Of a DNA stretch of 58,603 bases, positions 37,085 to 47,056 are shown piece after piece (position 1 is the stretch's first letter; every line of letters begins with the position of its first letter). A program made the translations under genes and the position numbers. The notes under the pieces were generated by a model, which ran no database searches, had not been told where the DNA came from, and was given only the letters and a program-made list of their open reading frames with translations. The DNA is taken from the NCBI GenBank assembly GCA_964518785.1, contig CAZFHT010000001.1, positions 22,673 to 81,275 of the forward strand. Reading direction: 5' to 3'. Source of the DNA: an uncultured Eubacterium sp. (lineage in GTDB: Bacteria > Bacillota > Clostridia > Lachnospirales > Lachnospiraceae).

Positions 37085-38368
37085 CTAACACTCCGCCAAA
37101 AATGGCGGCACCTTTGCTTTTACAAAAATTCCATCCTCCCGGTACTCCTCACACTCCAGTTTTCCGTACTGGCGAATCTGCTGAAGTTTTCCGGCAGCCA
37201 CATAAGGAATCACGGTTTCCAAATGAACAAAACCCTCATCCAGCAATTCTTCTATTTTATCCAGCATCGTCTCTAACCCAATCGACTTCTTTGCGGAAAT
37301 TTTCAGGGAGGCGCTGCTTTTCAAATCTTTTAGCGTCTCTCCCTGCCCTCTCTCCAATCGGTCTATTTTATTAAAAGCTGTAAGAATCGGCTTGTCTTCC
37401 ACGCCCAGCTCCTTCAGTGTGTCATATACTACCTGCATTTGTCTGTCATACTCGGGATTCGAGGCGTCGACTACGTGTAAAATCAAATCCGCATATTTTG
37501 CCTCCTCCAGTGTGGAACGAAAAGCCTGCACTAACTGGTGGGGAAGTTTACTGATAAAGCCCACCGTATCCGTAAAGAGAATTTTCTGTCCGTTCTCCAG
37601 CTCCAACGCTCTGGTGGTCGGGTCCAGCGTGGCAAACAGCTTATCCTCCTCCAAAACCTTCGCCTCCGTAAGTGTATTTAAGAGAGTGGATTTTCCCGCA
37701 TTGGTGTAACCGACAATGGCTACCGCCGGTGTCTGGTTCCGGCTGCGCTGCTTTCGCATCGTATCACGATTTTGTACCACATCCTTCAACTGTCGGTTTA
37801 GTACGGCGATTCGTTCTTTAATCAACCGACGATCCATCTCCAGTTTTTTCTCGCCGGGCCCCCTTGTACCGATACCGCCGCCTAGACGGGATAGGGATTT
37901 TCCCAGACCAATCAGCCGGGAAGAACGATACCGCAATTGTGCCAGTTCTACTTGCAGTTTACCTTCACTTGTTTTTGCGTGGGCGGCAAAAATATCCAGT
38001 ATCATCACCGTACGGTCAATCACCTTGCACTGCAATTCCTCTTGTAAATTCGTAATCTGAGCCGGGGATAATTCATCATCACAGACAATGGCGTCTGCCT
38101 GCAAGCGAAAAACCATCTCCTGCAATTCTGCCATTTTCCCCTTTCCGATATAAGTTCCCGGATGAACCGCCTCCCGTTTCTGGACGAGACGGCCTACCGT
38201 CTCTGCCCCTGCCGTTTCCGCCAGTTCTTCCAGCTCCTTTAAGGAATATTCCACATCAGGAGCAATCTCATTTTCCCTGTTGTTTCCGGCAGCATTGAAA
38301 CGGGACGTATCCACCGCAACTAATACAATCCGTTCTTTCTGCTCCGCCGTTTCAAATATCTCTGCCAT
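37085..38368 (-). CDS. hflX: GTPase HflX
   Basis: GGGIGTRGPGE, GYTNAGKS, LFATLD, DTVGF, NKID. Confidence 0.97.
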   Translation of the reverse strand: MAEIFETAEQKERIVLVAVDTSRFNAAGNNRENEIAPDVEYSLKELEELAETAGAETVGRLVQKREAVHPGTYIGKGKMAELQEMVFRLQADAIVCDDELSPAQITNLQEELQCKVIDRTVMILDIFAAHAKTSEGKLQVELAQLRYRSSRLIGLGKSLSRLGGGIGTRGPGEKKLEMDRRLIKERIAVLNRQLKDVVQNRDTMRKQRSRNQTPAVAIVGYTNAGKSTLLNTLTEAKVLEEDKLFATLDPTTRALELENGQKILFTDTVGFISKLPHQLVQAFRSTLEEAKYADLILHVVDASNPEYDRQMQVVYDTLKELGVEDKPILTAFNKIDRLERGQGETLKDLKSSASLKISAKKSIGLETMLDKIEELLDEGFVHLETVIPYVAAGKLQQIRQYGKLECEEYREDGIFVKAKVPPFLAEC

Positions 38369-38396
38369 ACTTTCCTCCTATCGACATCCATGGACT

Positions 38397-39395
38397 TTAT
38401 TTACAAACCCGCAATGTAATTTCCCCGGTGCGGAGGGTTCTCTGCTCACCGTTTTTCATCTGAACAAGCAGGCCGCCGTCCGAATCTATATCTACGGCAG
38501 TTCCCCACTCCCAGTTTTCCTCCTTCGTCATATCTGCTCCTGTAGAAAACCGAACCTCTCTGCCAATCACATTCGACCATTTTTTATAGTCTGCCATATA
38601 AGTTCTCTCTGACAGCCCCTCATACAACGAATATAATTCATTTAAAATGGCTGCCACCAATGTGTTTCTCGGCACAGTATGGTCAATGCGGCAGACCGGA
38701 CCGGCAATATCTTTAATTTCCTCCGGAAATCCTTCCTCCGGCACACGATAGTTAATTCCGATTCCGACAATCACTGTATCAATTCTGCCACTCTCAAAAT
38801 CCGACACCGCTTCGGTCAGAATACCACACACCTTTTTCCCCCGGAGATAAACATCGTTTACCCATTTAATCTCCGGCTCCTCTCCCAGCACCTTCCGTAT
38901 GGCGCGGCAGATTGCCACCGACGCCGCCGTAGTCACAAGCACGACATCCTGTGAGCGTTCTGCCTCCGGGCGGAATAAAACACTCATGTAAATTCCGGTT
39001 TTCTGAGGTGAATAAAAACTCCGTCCCCGTCGTCCCCGTCCTGCGGTCTGTTCCTCAGACAAAATCACCAAGCCTTCTCCGGCACCATCCAGTGCCCGCC
39101 TTTTCACTTCCTGATTGGTCGAGTCGATACTTTTATAAACATGAATTTCCCTATCCTGATACCGGGAATCCAAGTTCAGATAAATACCCTCCTCTGACAG
39201 CACATCACTGTCCTCCTCTAATCGGTAACCCCGGTTATTCGCTGCGGCAACGTGGTAGCCTTCGTCTTTCAGCACTTTTACCGCTTTCCATACAGCCGCC
39301 CGGCTGACGCCAAGAAGGTCTGCCAGCTCCTGACCGGATAAATCTTTATCCCGGTTTGCCTCAAGAATTTTTAAAATTTCCGTTTTAACGCTCAT
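38397..39395 (-). CDS. birA: Bifunctional biotin--protein ligase/repressor
   Basis: N-terminal HTH (SRAAVWK); DSTN, QTAGRGRRGR, KWVND, KVCGIL. Confidence 0.95.
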   Translation of the reverse strand: MSVKTEILKILEANRDKDLSGQELADLLGVSRAAVWKAVKVLKDEGYHVAAANNRGYRLEEDSDVLSEEGIYLNLDSRYQDREIHVYKSIDSTNQEVKRRALDGAGEGLVILSEEQTAGRGRRGRSFYSPQKTGIYMSVLFRPEAERSQDVVLVTTAASVAICRAIRKVLGEEPEIKWVNDVYLRGKKVCGILTEAVSDFESGRIDTVIVGIGINYRVPEEGFPEEIKDIAGPVCRIDHTVPRNTLVAAILNELYSLYEGLSERTYMADYKKWSNVIGREVRFSTGADMTKEENWEWGTAVDIDSDGGLLVQMKNGEQRTLRTGEITLRVCK

Positions 39396-40630
39396 CTTCC
39401 ATCCTCTCCCCGAACCCGCATAATAACTCCCTTAGGAGCTTCGCCGCTGAGACGGATGCAGATTTTTTCTCCGGGATGAGGGCAGCTCTCCACCGGTCCA
39501 TGTTCGTTATACATTTCCTGAACCGTCACCAGCCTGTTACTTCCGTCTTTCATCATAATTTCAATCTCATCACCGACACAAAACTTATTCTTCTGCTCAA
39601 AGCAGACAAGACCATCCGCAGTGACCTCCTCTACTCTGCCGAGATAACGATATCCCTGCACATAAGTATTATTATCATAAATCTGCGTTTCATGTGTTGT
39701 CGGACCAAAGAAAAATCCCGTCGTAAACTGCCGATACGTACACTTGGCAATTTCCTCTTTGTAATATGGAATCCGGCTCTTATATTTCTCCGGACTCTCA
39801 AAATAGTCATCCACCGCCTGACGGTAAGTGCGAGCCACCACTGCGACATACAACGCTGTTTTCATCCGCCCTTCAATTTTAAAGCTGTCGATTCCCGCCT
39901 GCACAAGCTCCGGAATATGCTCAATCATGCAGAGGTCCTTGGAATTAAAAATATACGTTCCTCTCTCATTTTCCTCAATCGGCAGATACTCACCCGGTCT
40001 GCTCTCCTCGACAATATGATATTTCCAGCGGCATGGATGGGTACACGCACCCAGATTGGCGTCCCTTCCGGTAAAATAATGACTTAACAGACAGCGTCCG
40101 GAATAAGAAATGCACATGGCGCCATGCACAAAGGTCTCAATTTCCAAATCCTCCGGTATGTGTTCATCAATATCCGCAATTTCTTTCAGAGAGAGCTCTC
40201 TCGCTGTCACCACACGAGTTGCCCCCTGCTCCTTCCAAAATTGGAAGGTCATATAGTTCACATTGTTTGCCTGTGTGCTGACATGGATATCGATTTCCGG
40301 GCAGATTTTTCTGGCAATGGTAAACACACCGGGGTCCGAAATAATCAAAGCGTCCGGTTTCATTTCCTTCAACTCTTGAAAATACTGCTCCACTCCTTTT
40401 AAATCCCGGTCATGAGCTGTGATATTTGCTGTTACATAAACTTTTTTCCCATGTTCATGGGCAAATTCAATCCCTGCCTTCATATCCTCCATGGAAAAAT
40501 TCTTAGCCTTTGCCCGAAGACCATACATCTCGCCTCCGATATAAACAGCGTCTGCACCATAGTAAATAGCTGTTTTTAACACTTCCAGACTGCTTGCCGG
40601 TGCTAATATCTCAGGTTTCTTCATTTCCAA
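39392..40630 (-). CDS. U32-family protein (TrhP-like tRNA hydroxylation)
   Basis: PEILAPA, GADAVY, HGAMCISYSGRC, CTHPCR, KIEGR. Confidence 0.92.
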   Translation of the reverse strand: MEMKKPEILAPASSLEVLKTAIYYGADAVYIGGEMYGLRAKAKNFSMEDMKAGIEFAHEHGKKVYVTANITAHDRDLKGVEQYFQELKEMKPDALIISDPGVFTIARKICPEIDIHVSTQANNVNYMTFQFWKEQGATRVVTARELSLKEIADIDEHIPEDLEIETFVHGAMCISYSGRCLLSHYFTGRDANLGACTHPCRWKYHIVEESRPGEYLPIEENERGTYIFNSKDLCMIEHIPELVQAGIDSFKIEGRMKTALYVAVVARTYRQAVDDYFESPEKYKSRIPYYKEEIAKCTYRQFTTGFFFGPTTHETQIYDNNTYVQGYRYLGRVEEVTADGLVCFEQKNKFCVGDEIEIMMKDGSNRLVTVQEMYNEHGPVESCPHPGEKICIRLSGEAPKGVIMRVRGEDGR

Positions 40631-41282
40631 CCTCCACTTTCTTTGTGCTAATCGTCATACCGTCTCCTACCCCAAGGCAGATTGTCTCCAACTGCGGATG
40701 ATGTGTCAGAACCTCCAGATATTCTCTCATGCGTCCATGAATGGTGCGGTCTCTCCTTGTCACCCCATATCTGGATTGCAGCACATCTCCTTCATGCAGA
40801 ATATTATCGGATATCAGTACCCCTCCGGGTGTCAAAAGAGCCAGTACATCCGGCAGAAAATTTAAGTACTGCCCTTTTGCCGCATCCATAAAAATAAAAT
40901 CATACTGTTCTTTGTCTGCCACAAGTCCGGCGAGCACTTCCGCTGCATCTCCCTCCAGCAGACGGATTCTGCCGTCTTTATCGTACTGCTTTAGATTTTT
41001 TCTTGCCTCACGCAGACGCATTTCCACTTTTTCCACTGTCGTAATACGGCTGCTTTCCGGCAGACACTCCTTCATAAAAAGAGCCGAATAACCGATTGCC
41101 GTCCCAATCTCCAATACCCGTTTCGGGCATTTGGTACGCAGCAGATACCGCATCAAATCTCTCGTTCCCCTGCGGATAATCGGGACTCCGTCAGCCATTG
41201 CTTTCTTTTCTAATTCCTGAATATAAACAGGAGGTTCTTCCCGAAATAACTCCAGAAAAACCTCCAAACGTTCCTGCTCCAT
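40611..41282 (-). CDS. O-methyltransferase (TrmR/YrrM-like)
   Basis: LEIGTAIGYS, FMDAAKGQY, DNI; adjacent to U32 gene. Confidence 0.9.
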   Translation of the reverse strand: MEQERLEVFLELFREEPPVYIQELEKKAMADGVPIIRRGTRDLMRYLLRTKCPKRVLEIGTAIGYSALFMKECLPESSRITTVEKVEMRLREARKNLKQYDKDGRIRLLEGDAAEVLAGLVADKEQYDFIFMDAAKGQYLNFLPDVLALLTPGGVLISDNILHEGDVLQSRYGVTRRDRTIHGRMREYLEVLTHHPQLETICLGVGDGMTISTKKVEVGNEET

Positions 41283-41305
41283 AACTTCCTCCGGCGTGGT
41301 GCTTT

Positions 41306-42979
41306 TTATACCTCCATAATGATTGGTAAAATCATTGGATTCCGTTTAATTTTCTTCCACAGATAATCATTTAGGGAGTCTTTAATCTCTGTCTTCATTC
41401 TTCCCCAATCTGTGATACCCCGGTCATAGAGTCTGTCCAGTGCGATATTGACAACCTCCCGGCACTCGTCCATAAGATTTTCAGACTCTCTCACATAAAC
41501 GAAACCGCGGGATACGATATCCGGTCCGGACAAAATCGTATTCGAACCTCTCTCCAGCGTCAGCACGACTACCATCAAACCATTCTCAGACAAATGCTGG
41601 CGGTCACGAATAACGATATTTCCTACATCACCGACACCAAGTCCGTCTACCATTATTCCCTGTGCCTGTACGTGGTCAATCACTTTGGCACTGTCCTCTT
41701 TTAATTCCAAGACATCACCGGAACGGAGAATCTGTATATTTTCCTTCGGAACACCCATTAACTGTGCCACGCGGCTCTGCCCAAGCAAATGCTGGTACTC
41801 ACCATGTACCGGGACAGAAAACTTCGGCTTAACAAGAGAATAAATCAGCTTAATCTCCTCTTCTGCCGCATGACCGGACACATGAGTATCCTGAATAATC
41901 ACTTTTGCCCCTTTGAAGGACAATTCATTAATCACTTTGGACACCGATTTTTCATTTCCCGGAATCGGACGTGAGCTGAAAATCACAACATCTCCCGGTT
42001 TAATCGTAATCTTGCGGTGAATACTTGCTGCAATGCGGGATAATGCCGCCATTGCCTCACCCTGACTTCCCGTCGTAATCAGTACAAGCTGCTCGTCATT
42101 ATAATTTTTCATTTCCTCCAGAGAAATCAGCATATTATCCGGCATCTGGATGTACCCCAGTTCAATCGCAGTATTGACGATATTTACCATACTGCGCCCC
42201 TCAATAACCACTTTACGGTTTTGTTTTTTCGCAGAATTGATAATCTGCTGAACCCGGTCCACATTGGAGGCAAAGGTAGCTACAATAATACGGCTTTTCG
42301 GATTATCCTCAAAAATGGTATCGAAGGTTTTTCCAACTGTTCTCTCTGACATGGTAAAGCCCGGTTTCAGTACATTGGTACTGTCGCACATCAGTGCCAG
42401 CACACCCTTCTTTCCCAGTTCGCCAAAACGTGCCAAATCAATGGCATCGCCGTAAATCGGCGTATAATCCACCTTAAAATCTCCGGTATGCACAATGACG
42501 CCAGCCGGTGTGTACAGTGCCAGTGCCGCCGAATCAGCAATACTGTGATTTGTACGGATAAATTCAATACGGAAATCTCCCAGATTGATATACTGTCCGT
42601 ACTTCACTACTTTTCGCTTAACACTGTTTAAAAGATTGTGTTCCTTGAGCTTGCTTTCGATAATCGCCATCGTCAGCTTTGTAGCATAAATCGGAACATT
42701 TAACCGCTGCAGCACATAAGGCAGTGAACCGATATGATCCTCGTGACCGTGGGTTATCACGAAGCCTTTCACCTTGTCCCTATGGTCCTCCAGATAGGTA
42801 ACATCCGGAATTACCAAATCTACTCCCAGCATATCATCCTCCGGAAACGCCAGTCCGCAGTCTACTACAATAATACTTGTCTCGGTCTCGAAGGCAGTAA
42901 TGTTCATACCAATCTGCTCAAGACCACCCAGAGGAATAATCTTTACCGATTCATTTCCTGTTTTTTCTCTCTTTTTCAA
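41306..42979 (-). CDS. rnj: Ribonuclease J
   Basis: PLGGLEQIG, THGHEDHIG, HTGDFK, HVSGH, PVHGE. Confidence 0.97.
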   Translation of the reverse strand: MKKREKTGNESVKIIPLGGLEQIGMNITAFETETSIIVVDCGLAFPEDDMLGVDLVIPDVTYLEDHRDKVKGFVITHGHEDHIGSLPYVLQRLNVPIYATKLTMAIIESKLKEHNLLNSVKRKVVKYGQYINLGDFRIEFIRTNHSIADSAALALYTPAGVIVHTGDFKVDYTPIYGDAIDLARFGELGKKGVLALMCDSTNVLKPGFTMSERTVGKTFDTIFEDNPKSRIIVATFASNVDRVQQIINSAKKQNRKVVIEGRSMVNIVNTAIELGYIQMPDNMLISLEEMKNYNDEQLVLITTGSQGEAMAALSRIAASIHRKITIKPGDVVIFSSRPIPGNEKSVSKVINELSFKGAKVIIQDTHVSGHAAEEEIKLIYSLVKPKFSVPVHGEYQHLLGQSRVAQLMGVPKENIQILRSGDVLELKEDSAKVIDHVQAQGIMVDGLGVGDVGNIVIRDRQHLSENGLMVVVLTLERGSNTILSGPDIVSRGFVYVRESENLMDECREVVNIALDRLYDRGITDWGRMKTEIKDSLNDYLWKKIKRNPMILPIIMEV

Positions 42980-42996
42980 AATTTCTTTACACCTCT

Positions 42997-43260
42997 CTAT
43001 TCTACTTTCAGTTCTACGTCTTCCAATAATTCTTCAAAATAATTCGAAATAATCTTCAGTTCGTTCTCATCGTCTACCACATCATAAGTGACCACGTCTT
43101 CCTTCGCTGTCTCCTTCAGTACGAGTGCGTCCGCATCATCCTCCAAAGAATCTGCAACTAAAAGATAGGAAATCCCCGCAATATCCGCTTTTTCCAACAC
43201 AAAAAAAGCCTCCTCGCTGCCGTCGTCAGCCGTAAGCATGATTTTACCGTTCTCCGACAT
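42997..43260 (-). CDS. DUF1292-like small acidic protein
   Basis: 87 aa acidic, YLLV motif, usual position after ruvX. Confidence 0.8.
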   Translation of the reverse strand: MSENGKIMLTADDGSEEAFFVLEKADIAGISYLLVADSLEDDADALVLKETAKEDVVTYDVVDDENELKIISNYFEELLEDVELKVE

Positions 43261-43279
43261 AATGTCCTCCTAAATAAAA

Positions 43280-43699
43280 CTATCGTATGGAGTCCAGATA
43301 GCCTTGCAATATGATGGATGCCGCAATTTTATCCACATAGGTTTTTCGATTTTCAGAGCGTACACCGCCCTCTTTCAACACGTCCATAGCGGAAACCGTA
43401 GACAGTCGTTCGTCCCACAACACAACCTCTAATCCGGTTCTGGCTATCAGTTTTTCCATAAATTCTTTCGTGCGCTGAACCCGGTCTCCCTCCGAATTAT
43501 TCATATTCTTCGGATAGCCCAGAACAATACGCTGAACGTCATTCTCTGCCACTAACTGCTGGATTCGTGCCAAAGTCTGTCGTAACTTGTTTTCACTTTT
43601 TCTTTTTATTACGTCAACGGGCTGTGCCGTCAGCAGCATAGAATCACTAATCGCTACGCCGACCGTCACAGAACCGTAGTCAAGTCCCATAATTCTCAA
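43280..43699 (-). CDS. ruvX: YqgF/RuvX family nuclease
   Basis: GLDYG, GVAISD, WDERLST, DKIAA...LQ. Confidence 0.95.
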   Translation of the reverse strand: MRIMGLDYGSVTVGVAISDSMLLTAQPVDVIKRKSENKLRQTLARIQQLVAENDVQRIVLGYPKNMNNSEGDRVQRTKEFMEKLIARTGLEVVLWDERLSTVSAMDVLKEGGVRSENRKTYVDKIAASIILQGYLDSIR

Positions 43700-43707
43700 A
43701 ATAAACG

Positions 43708-43974
43708 CTATTCTTCTTTCAAGTTGTTTTTAATATAATCTTCCAGAAACACTTCGATAATCTCATCACGCTCTGCACGCATAACCAAACTGCGAGCCCC
43801 TTTATGGCTGGTGATGTATGTCGGATCGCCGGACATCAGGTATCCCACAATCTGATTAACCGGATTGTAGCCCTTTTCTGTCAATGCAGTGTAGACTGAT
43901 GCAATTACATCCCGCACATCATAATCCTTGTCCACATCAACTTTGAAATACTGCGTATTATTAATCTCCTGCAT
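43708..43974 (-). CDS. IreB/ReoM-family regulatory phosphoprotein
   Basis: [22 protein letters not shown]; N-terminal NTQYF Thr. Confidence 0.93.
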   Translation of the reverse strand: MQEINNTQYFKVDVDKDYDVRDVIASVYTALTEKGYNPVNQIVGYLMSGDPTYITSHKGARSLVMRAERDEIIEVFLEDYIKNNLKEE

Positions 43975-44072
43975 TTTCTCACGTCCTTTTCGAAATTACC
44001 TATATTGTAATATATCTGTTCGAATTTAGCAAGTAAATTTTGCCACCTGACCATTTAATCATTTAAAAAAAC

Positions 44073-45365
44073 TTATTTTGAAAATATTTTTTCTACCGTA
44101 ACCGGATGAATCTCATTCTCATGGTAATTCCGTTTCTCTGCTTCTTCCAGCGGCACACCGATTTTTACGTAGCGTTCGTTATGTCCCACAAGATAAGTGA
44201 CTCCATTCTCTGACGTTGTCTCCTCAAAAAGAATTTTTTCTTTCCGGCCCATAAATATTTTTCCAAAGGCGTTGCGGTATTGCTCTGTGTCCTCCAGCAA
44301 TCGGTCACTGCGTTTATTTTTTTCATCCGGCGACACCTGATTTTCCATAGCCGCCGCTTTTGTGCCGGACCGGGGAGAATATTTAAACACATGGATATCT
44401 GCCAGTTGAATTTCTTTCAAATATTCCTGCGTCCTGTCAAACTCCTCCTCCGTCTCTCCCGGAAATCCCACAATAACGTCTGTCGTAATCGCCGGATTCT
44501 CATAATATTCCCGCAGCAGTTTTACCTTTTCTTTGTATTCTGCTGTTGTATAATGTCGATTCATGCGTTTTAGCACAGAATCACAGCCGCTTTGCAGAGA
44601 CAAGTGAAAATGAGGACAGGCTTTCTCAATCTGCACCAGTTTTTCCAAAAAATTTTCGGAGATAATCCGGGGTTCCAGTGAGCCGAGGCGTATTCTTTCG
44701 ATTCCCTCCACCTCTGCCACCCGGCGTATCACATCAAGTAAAGGTTCTCCCTTCAGCCTGACAAAGTTAATTTCCTCCGAACGGTCAACGCCGTAAGAGG
44801 ACAGATGGATGCCGGTTAAGACAATCTCCTTGTACCCTCCTGCCGCCAGCTTTTCTGCCTGTTCCACTACTTCTTCCGGCGGTGTACTGGTCAAAATACC
44901 GCCGCCCCGAACATAGGGAATCATACAATACGTGCAAAACTGGTTGCAGCCATCCTGTATTTTCAGATAAGCCCTCGTGCGTTCCCGCCTGCACTCTCCT
45001 TTGCCCTCACTCTCGGAGCAATTCAGTTGAAATTTTTCTATCATGCGGGATACAATCGTCTCTTTCTCCTTATTGGAAAAAGCTGCATCAATAGCGGAAT
45101 CCCTCAGCAATTCCTCGCCGCCGCTTTCCACATAACAGCCGACTGCCACCACAAGGCTTTCCGGATTTAATTTTTTCGCCCGGTGAATCATCTGGCGGGA
45201 TTTCCGGTCTGCCATATTCGTCACTGTACAAGTATTAATCACATACACATCCGCTTTTTCCCGAAACTCCACGACAGAAAACCCATAGCTTTGAAACTGC
45301 TCCATCATTTTTTCCGTCTCATAAAAATTAACCTTGCAGCCTAAGGTAAGAAACGCAACTTTCAT
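44073..45365 (-). CDS. mtaB: tRNA t6A37 methylthiotransferase
   Basis: TLGCKVN, NTCTVT, CNQFCTYC radical SAM motif; start taken at 45365. Confidence 0.93.
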   Translation of the reverse strand: MKVAFLTLGCKVNFYETEKMMEQFQSYGFSVVEFREKADVYVINTCTVTNMADRKSRQMIHRAKKLNPESLVVAVGCYVESGGEELLRDSAIDAAFSNKEKETIVSRMIEKFQLNCSESEGKGECRRERTRAYLKIQDGCNQFCTYCMIPYVRGGGILTSTPPEEVVEQAEKLAAGGYKEIVLTGIHLSSYGVDRSEEINFVRLKGEPLLDVIRRVAEVEGIERIRLGSLEPRIISENFLEKLVQIEKACPHFHLSLQSGCDSVLKRMNRHYTTAEYKEKVKLLREYYENPAITTDVIVGFPGETEEEFDRTQEYLKEIQLADIHVFKYSPRSGTKAAAMENQVSPDEKNKRSDRLLEDTEQYRNAFGKIFMGRKEKILFEETTSENGVTYLVGHNERYVKIGVPLEEAEKRNYHENEIHPVTVEKIFSK

Positions 45366-45440
45366 CCTCATCCTCCGTTTTACATGACATTTTGCACAAA
45401 AATATGATTTTTTTTCCAATACACTCGTAAATTTTTAATA

Positions 45441-45469
45441 TTGACATATTTCCCAGTTCATAATAGTAT
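45441..45469 (+). promoter_or_regulatory. SigA promoter of the HPr-like gene
   Basis: TTGACA-N17-TAGTAT. Confidence 0.6.
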
Positions 45470-45516
45470 AATACTTGGAGTGGATAAACTTCAAATCCAA
45501 AAGGAGGTATATTATT

Positions 45517-45750
45517 ATGAAAACAGTAAAAATTTCATTAAACTCAATTGACAAAGTTAAGTCTTTTGTTAATGAAGTAACAAAGTACGATGCCGAATTC
45601 GATTTGGTATCCGGAAGATATGTGATTGATGCGAAATCTATCATGGGAATTTTCAGCCTCGACTTGTCTAAGCCGATTGACCTGAACATTCACAGCGAGA
45701 ACGAAGTGGAAGAGATTCTCACAAAACTCGCTCCATTCATTGTAGAATAA
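45517..45750 (+). CDS. HPr-like protein (keeps Ser46 motif, lacks His15 motif)
   Basis: DAKSIMGI motif; AGGAGG RBS before ATG 45517. Confidence 0.85.
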   Translation: MKTVKISLNSIDKVKSFVNEVTKYDAEFDLVSGRYVIDAKSIMGIFSLDLSKPIDLNIHSENEVEEILTKLAPFIVE

Positions 45751-45792
45751 TCTTCTTCGTACATATTTGATATTGGGTTTGTTACTTACTGT

Positions 45793-45821
45793 GGGGCGGC
45801 AAATTATGCCGCCGCTTTTTT
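45793..45821 (+). terminator. Intrinsic terminator
   Basis: GGCGGCA-AATTA-TGCCGCC then T-run. Confidence 0.75.
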
Positions 45822-45859
45822 ATTGTTTATTTTTTGGTGTGTATTTTCAACCACACTTT

Positions 45860-47041
45860 TTATGGTCTTACGTCAATAATTTCTCTCTCGTTGATTGCCT
45901 TTGAAACCATCTCCTCTATTTTCTCCGTCAGTTTTTTCTCTGAGGCTTCCATCTTTTCAATACTCGGTTTCGTCACCGGATGTTTTGCCACAAAAATCGT
46001 ACAGCAGTCTTCAAACGGCTGAATAGAAGTTTCAAACGTATTGATTTTCTCTGCAATGTCAATAATGTCATTTTTATCGAAAGCAATCAGCGGACGGAAT
46101 ACAGGCATTTGGCACACTGCATCCGTAGCGGCAAGGCTCTGCATTGTCTGGCTTGCCACCTGTCCCACACTTTCCCCTGTGATAAGAGAAAGACAATGGC
46201 GGTCTCTGGCAATCCTCTCCGCAATTCTCATCATATAGCGGCGCATAATAATCGTCAGTTCATCATGTGGGCATTGGTCATAAATATAAAGCTGAATTTC
46301 AGTAAAATTCACGACATGGAGTTGAATCGGTCCGGTGTACTCGGAAATCAGCCGGGCAAGGTCCACAACCTTCTGTTTCGCCCTCTCGCTTGTATATGGC
46401 GGTGCATGAAAATAAACCGCCTCAATCCGGACACCCCGCTTCGCCATCATATACCCTGCCACCGGACTGTCGATGCCGCCGGACAAAAGCAGCATGGAAC
46501 GGTCACTCGTTCCCACCGGCATACCTCCCGGTCCTTTAATGCTGGTGACATAAACATAGGCTCTTCCACGAATCTCGATATAAACTTTGATTTGCGGATT
46601 GTGAACGTCTACTTTGGCATTTTCCATATGCTCTAATATATAAGAACCCGCCTCGATACAAATGTCGGGACTTTCCATCGGATAATTTTTATCACTTCTC
46701 TTAGCAAATACTTTAAAGGTAAACGGCTTATCTCCCAGCTCCTCTTTCATGTGAGCCACCAGTTCTTCACACACGTGTTCAAAGGTTTTATCCTCCACAA
46801 GAACCACCGGACAAATGTGAGCAATGCCAAAAACATGAGTGAGTGCCTCCGTCACCTCGTCTTGGTCAAATGAAGTGACAGCCTCCACATAAATCCGTCC
46901 CTGCTCCTTCTGTACGGAAAATTCACCCTCGCATCGCTCCAAGCGTTCCTCCACCCGTCGCACCAATGCATTTTCAAACAAATAACGGTTTTTACCTTTA
47001 ATACCAATCTCAGCATACTTTATCAAAAAAGCCTGTACCAT
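45860..47041 (-). CDS. thiI: tRNA 4-thiouridine synthase
   Basis: THUMP domain; LLSGGIDSPVA, GQVASQT, EDCC. Confidence 0.96.
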   Translation of the reverse strand: MVQAFLIKYAEIGIKGKNRYLFENALVRRVEERLERCEGEFSVQKEQGRIYVEAVTSFDQDEVTEALTHVFGIAHICPVVLVEDKTFEHVCEELVAHMKEELGDKPFTFKVFAKRSDKNYPMESPDICIEAGSYILEHMENAKVDVHNPQIKVYIEIRGRAYVYVTSIKGPGGMPVGTSDRSMLLLSGGIDSPVAGYMMAKRGVRIEAVYFHAPPYTSERAKQKVVDLARLISEYTGPIQLHVVNFTEIQLYIYDQCPHDELTIIMRRYMMRIAERIARDRHCLSLITGESVGQVASQTMQSLAATDAVCQMPVFRPLIAFDKNDIIDIAEKINTFETSIQPFEDCCTIFVAKHPVTKPSIEKMEASEKKLTEKIEEMVSKAINEREIIDVRP

Positions 47042-47056
47042 GTTGTTCCTCCTTTA

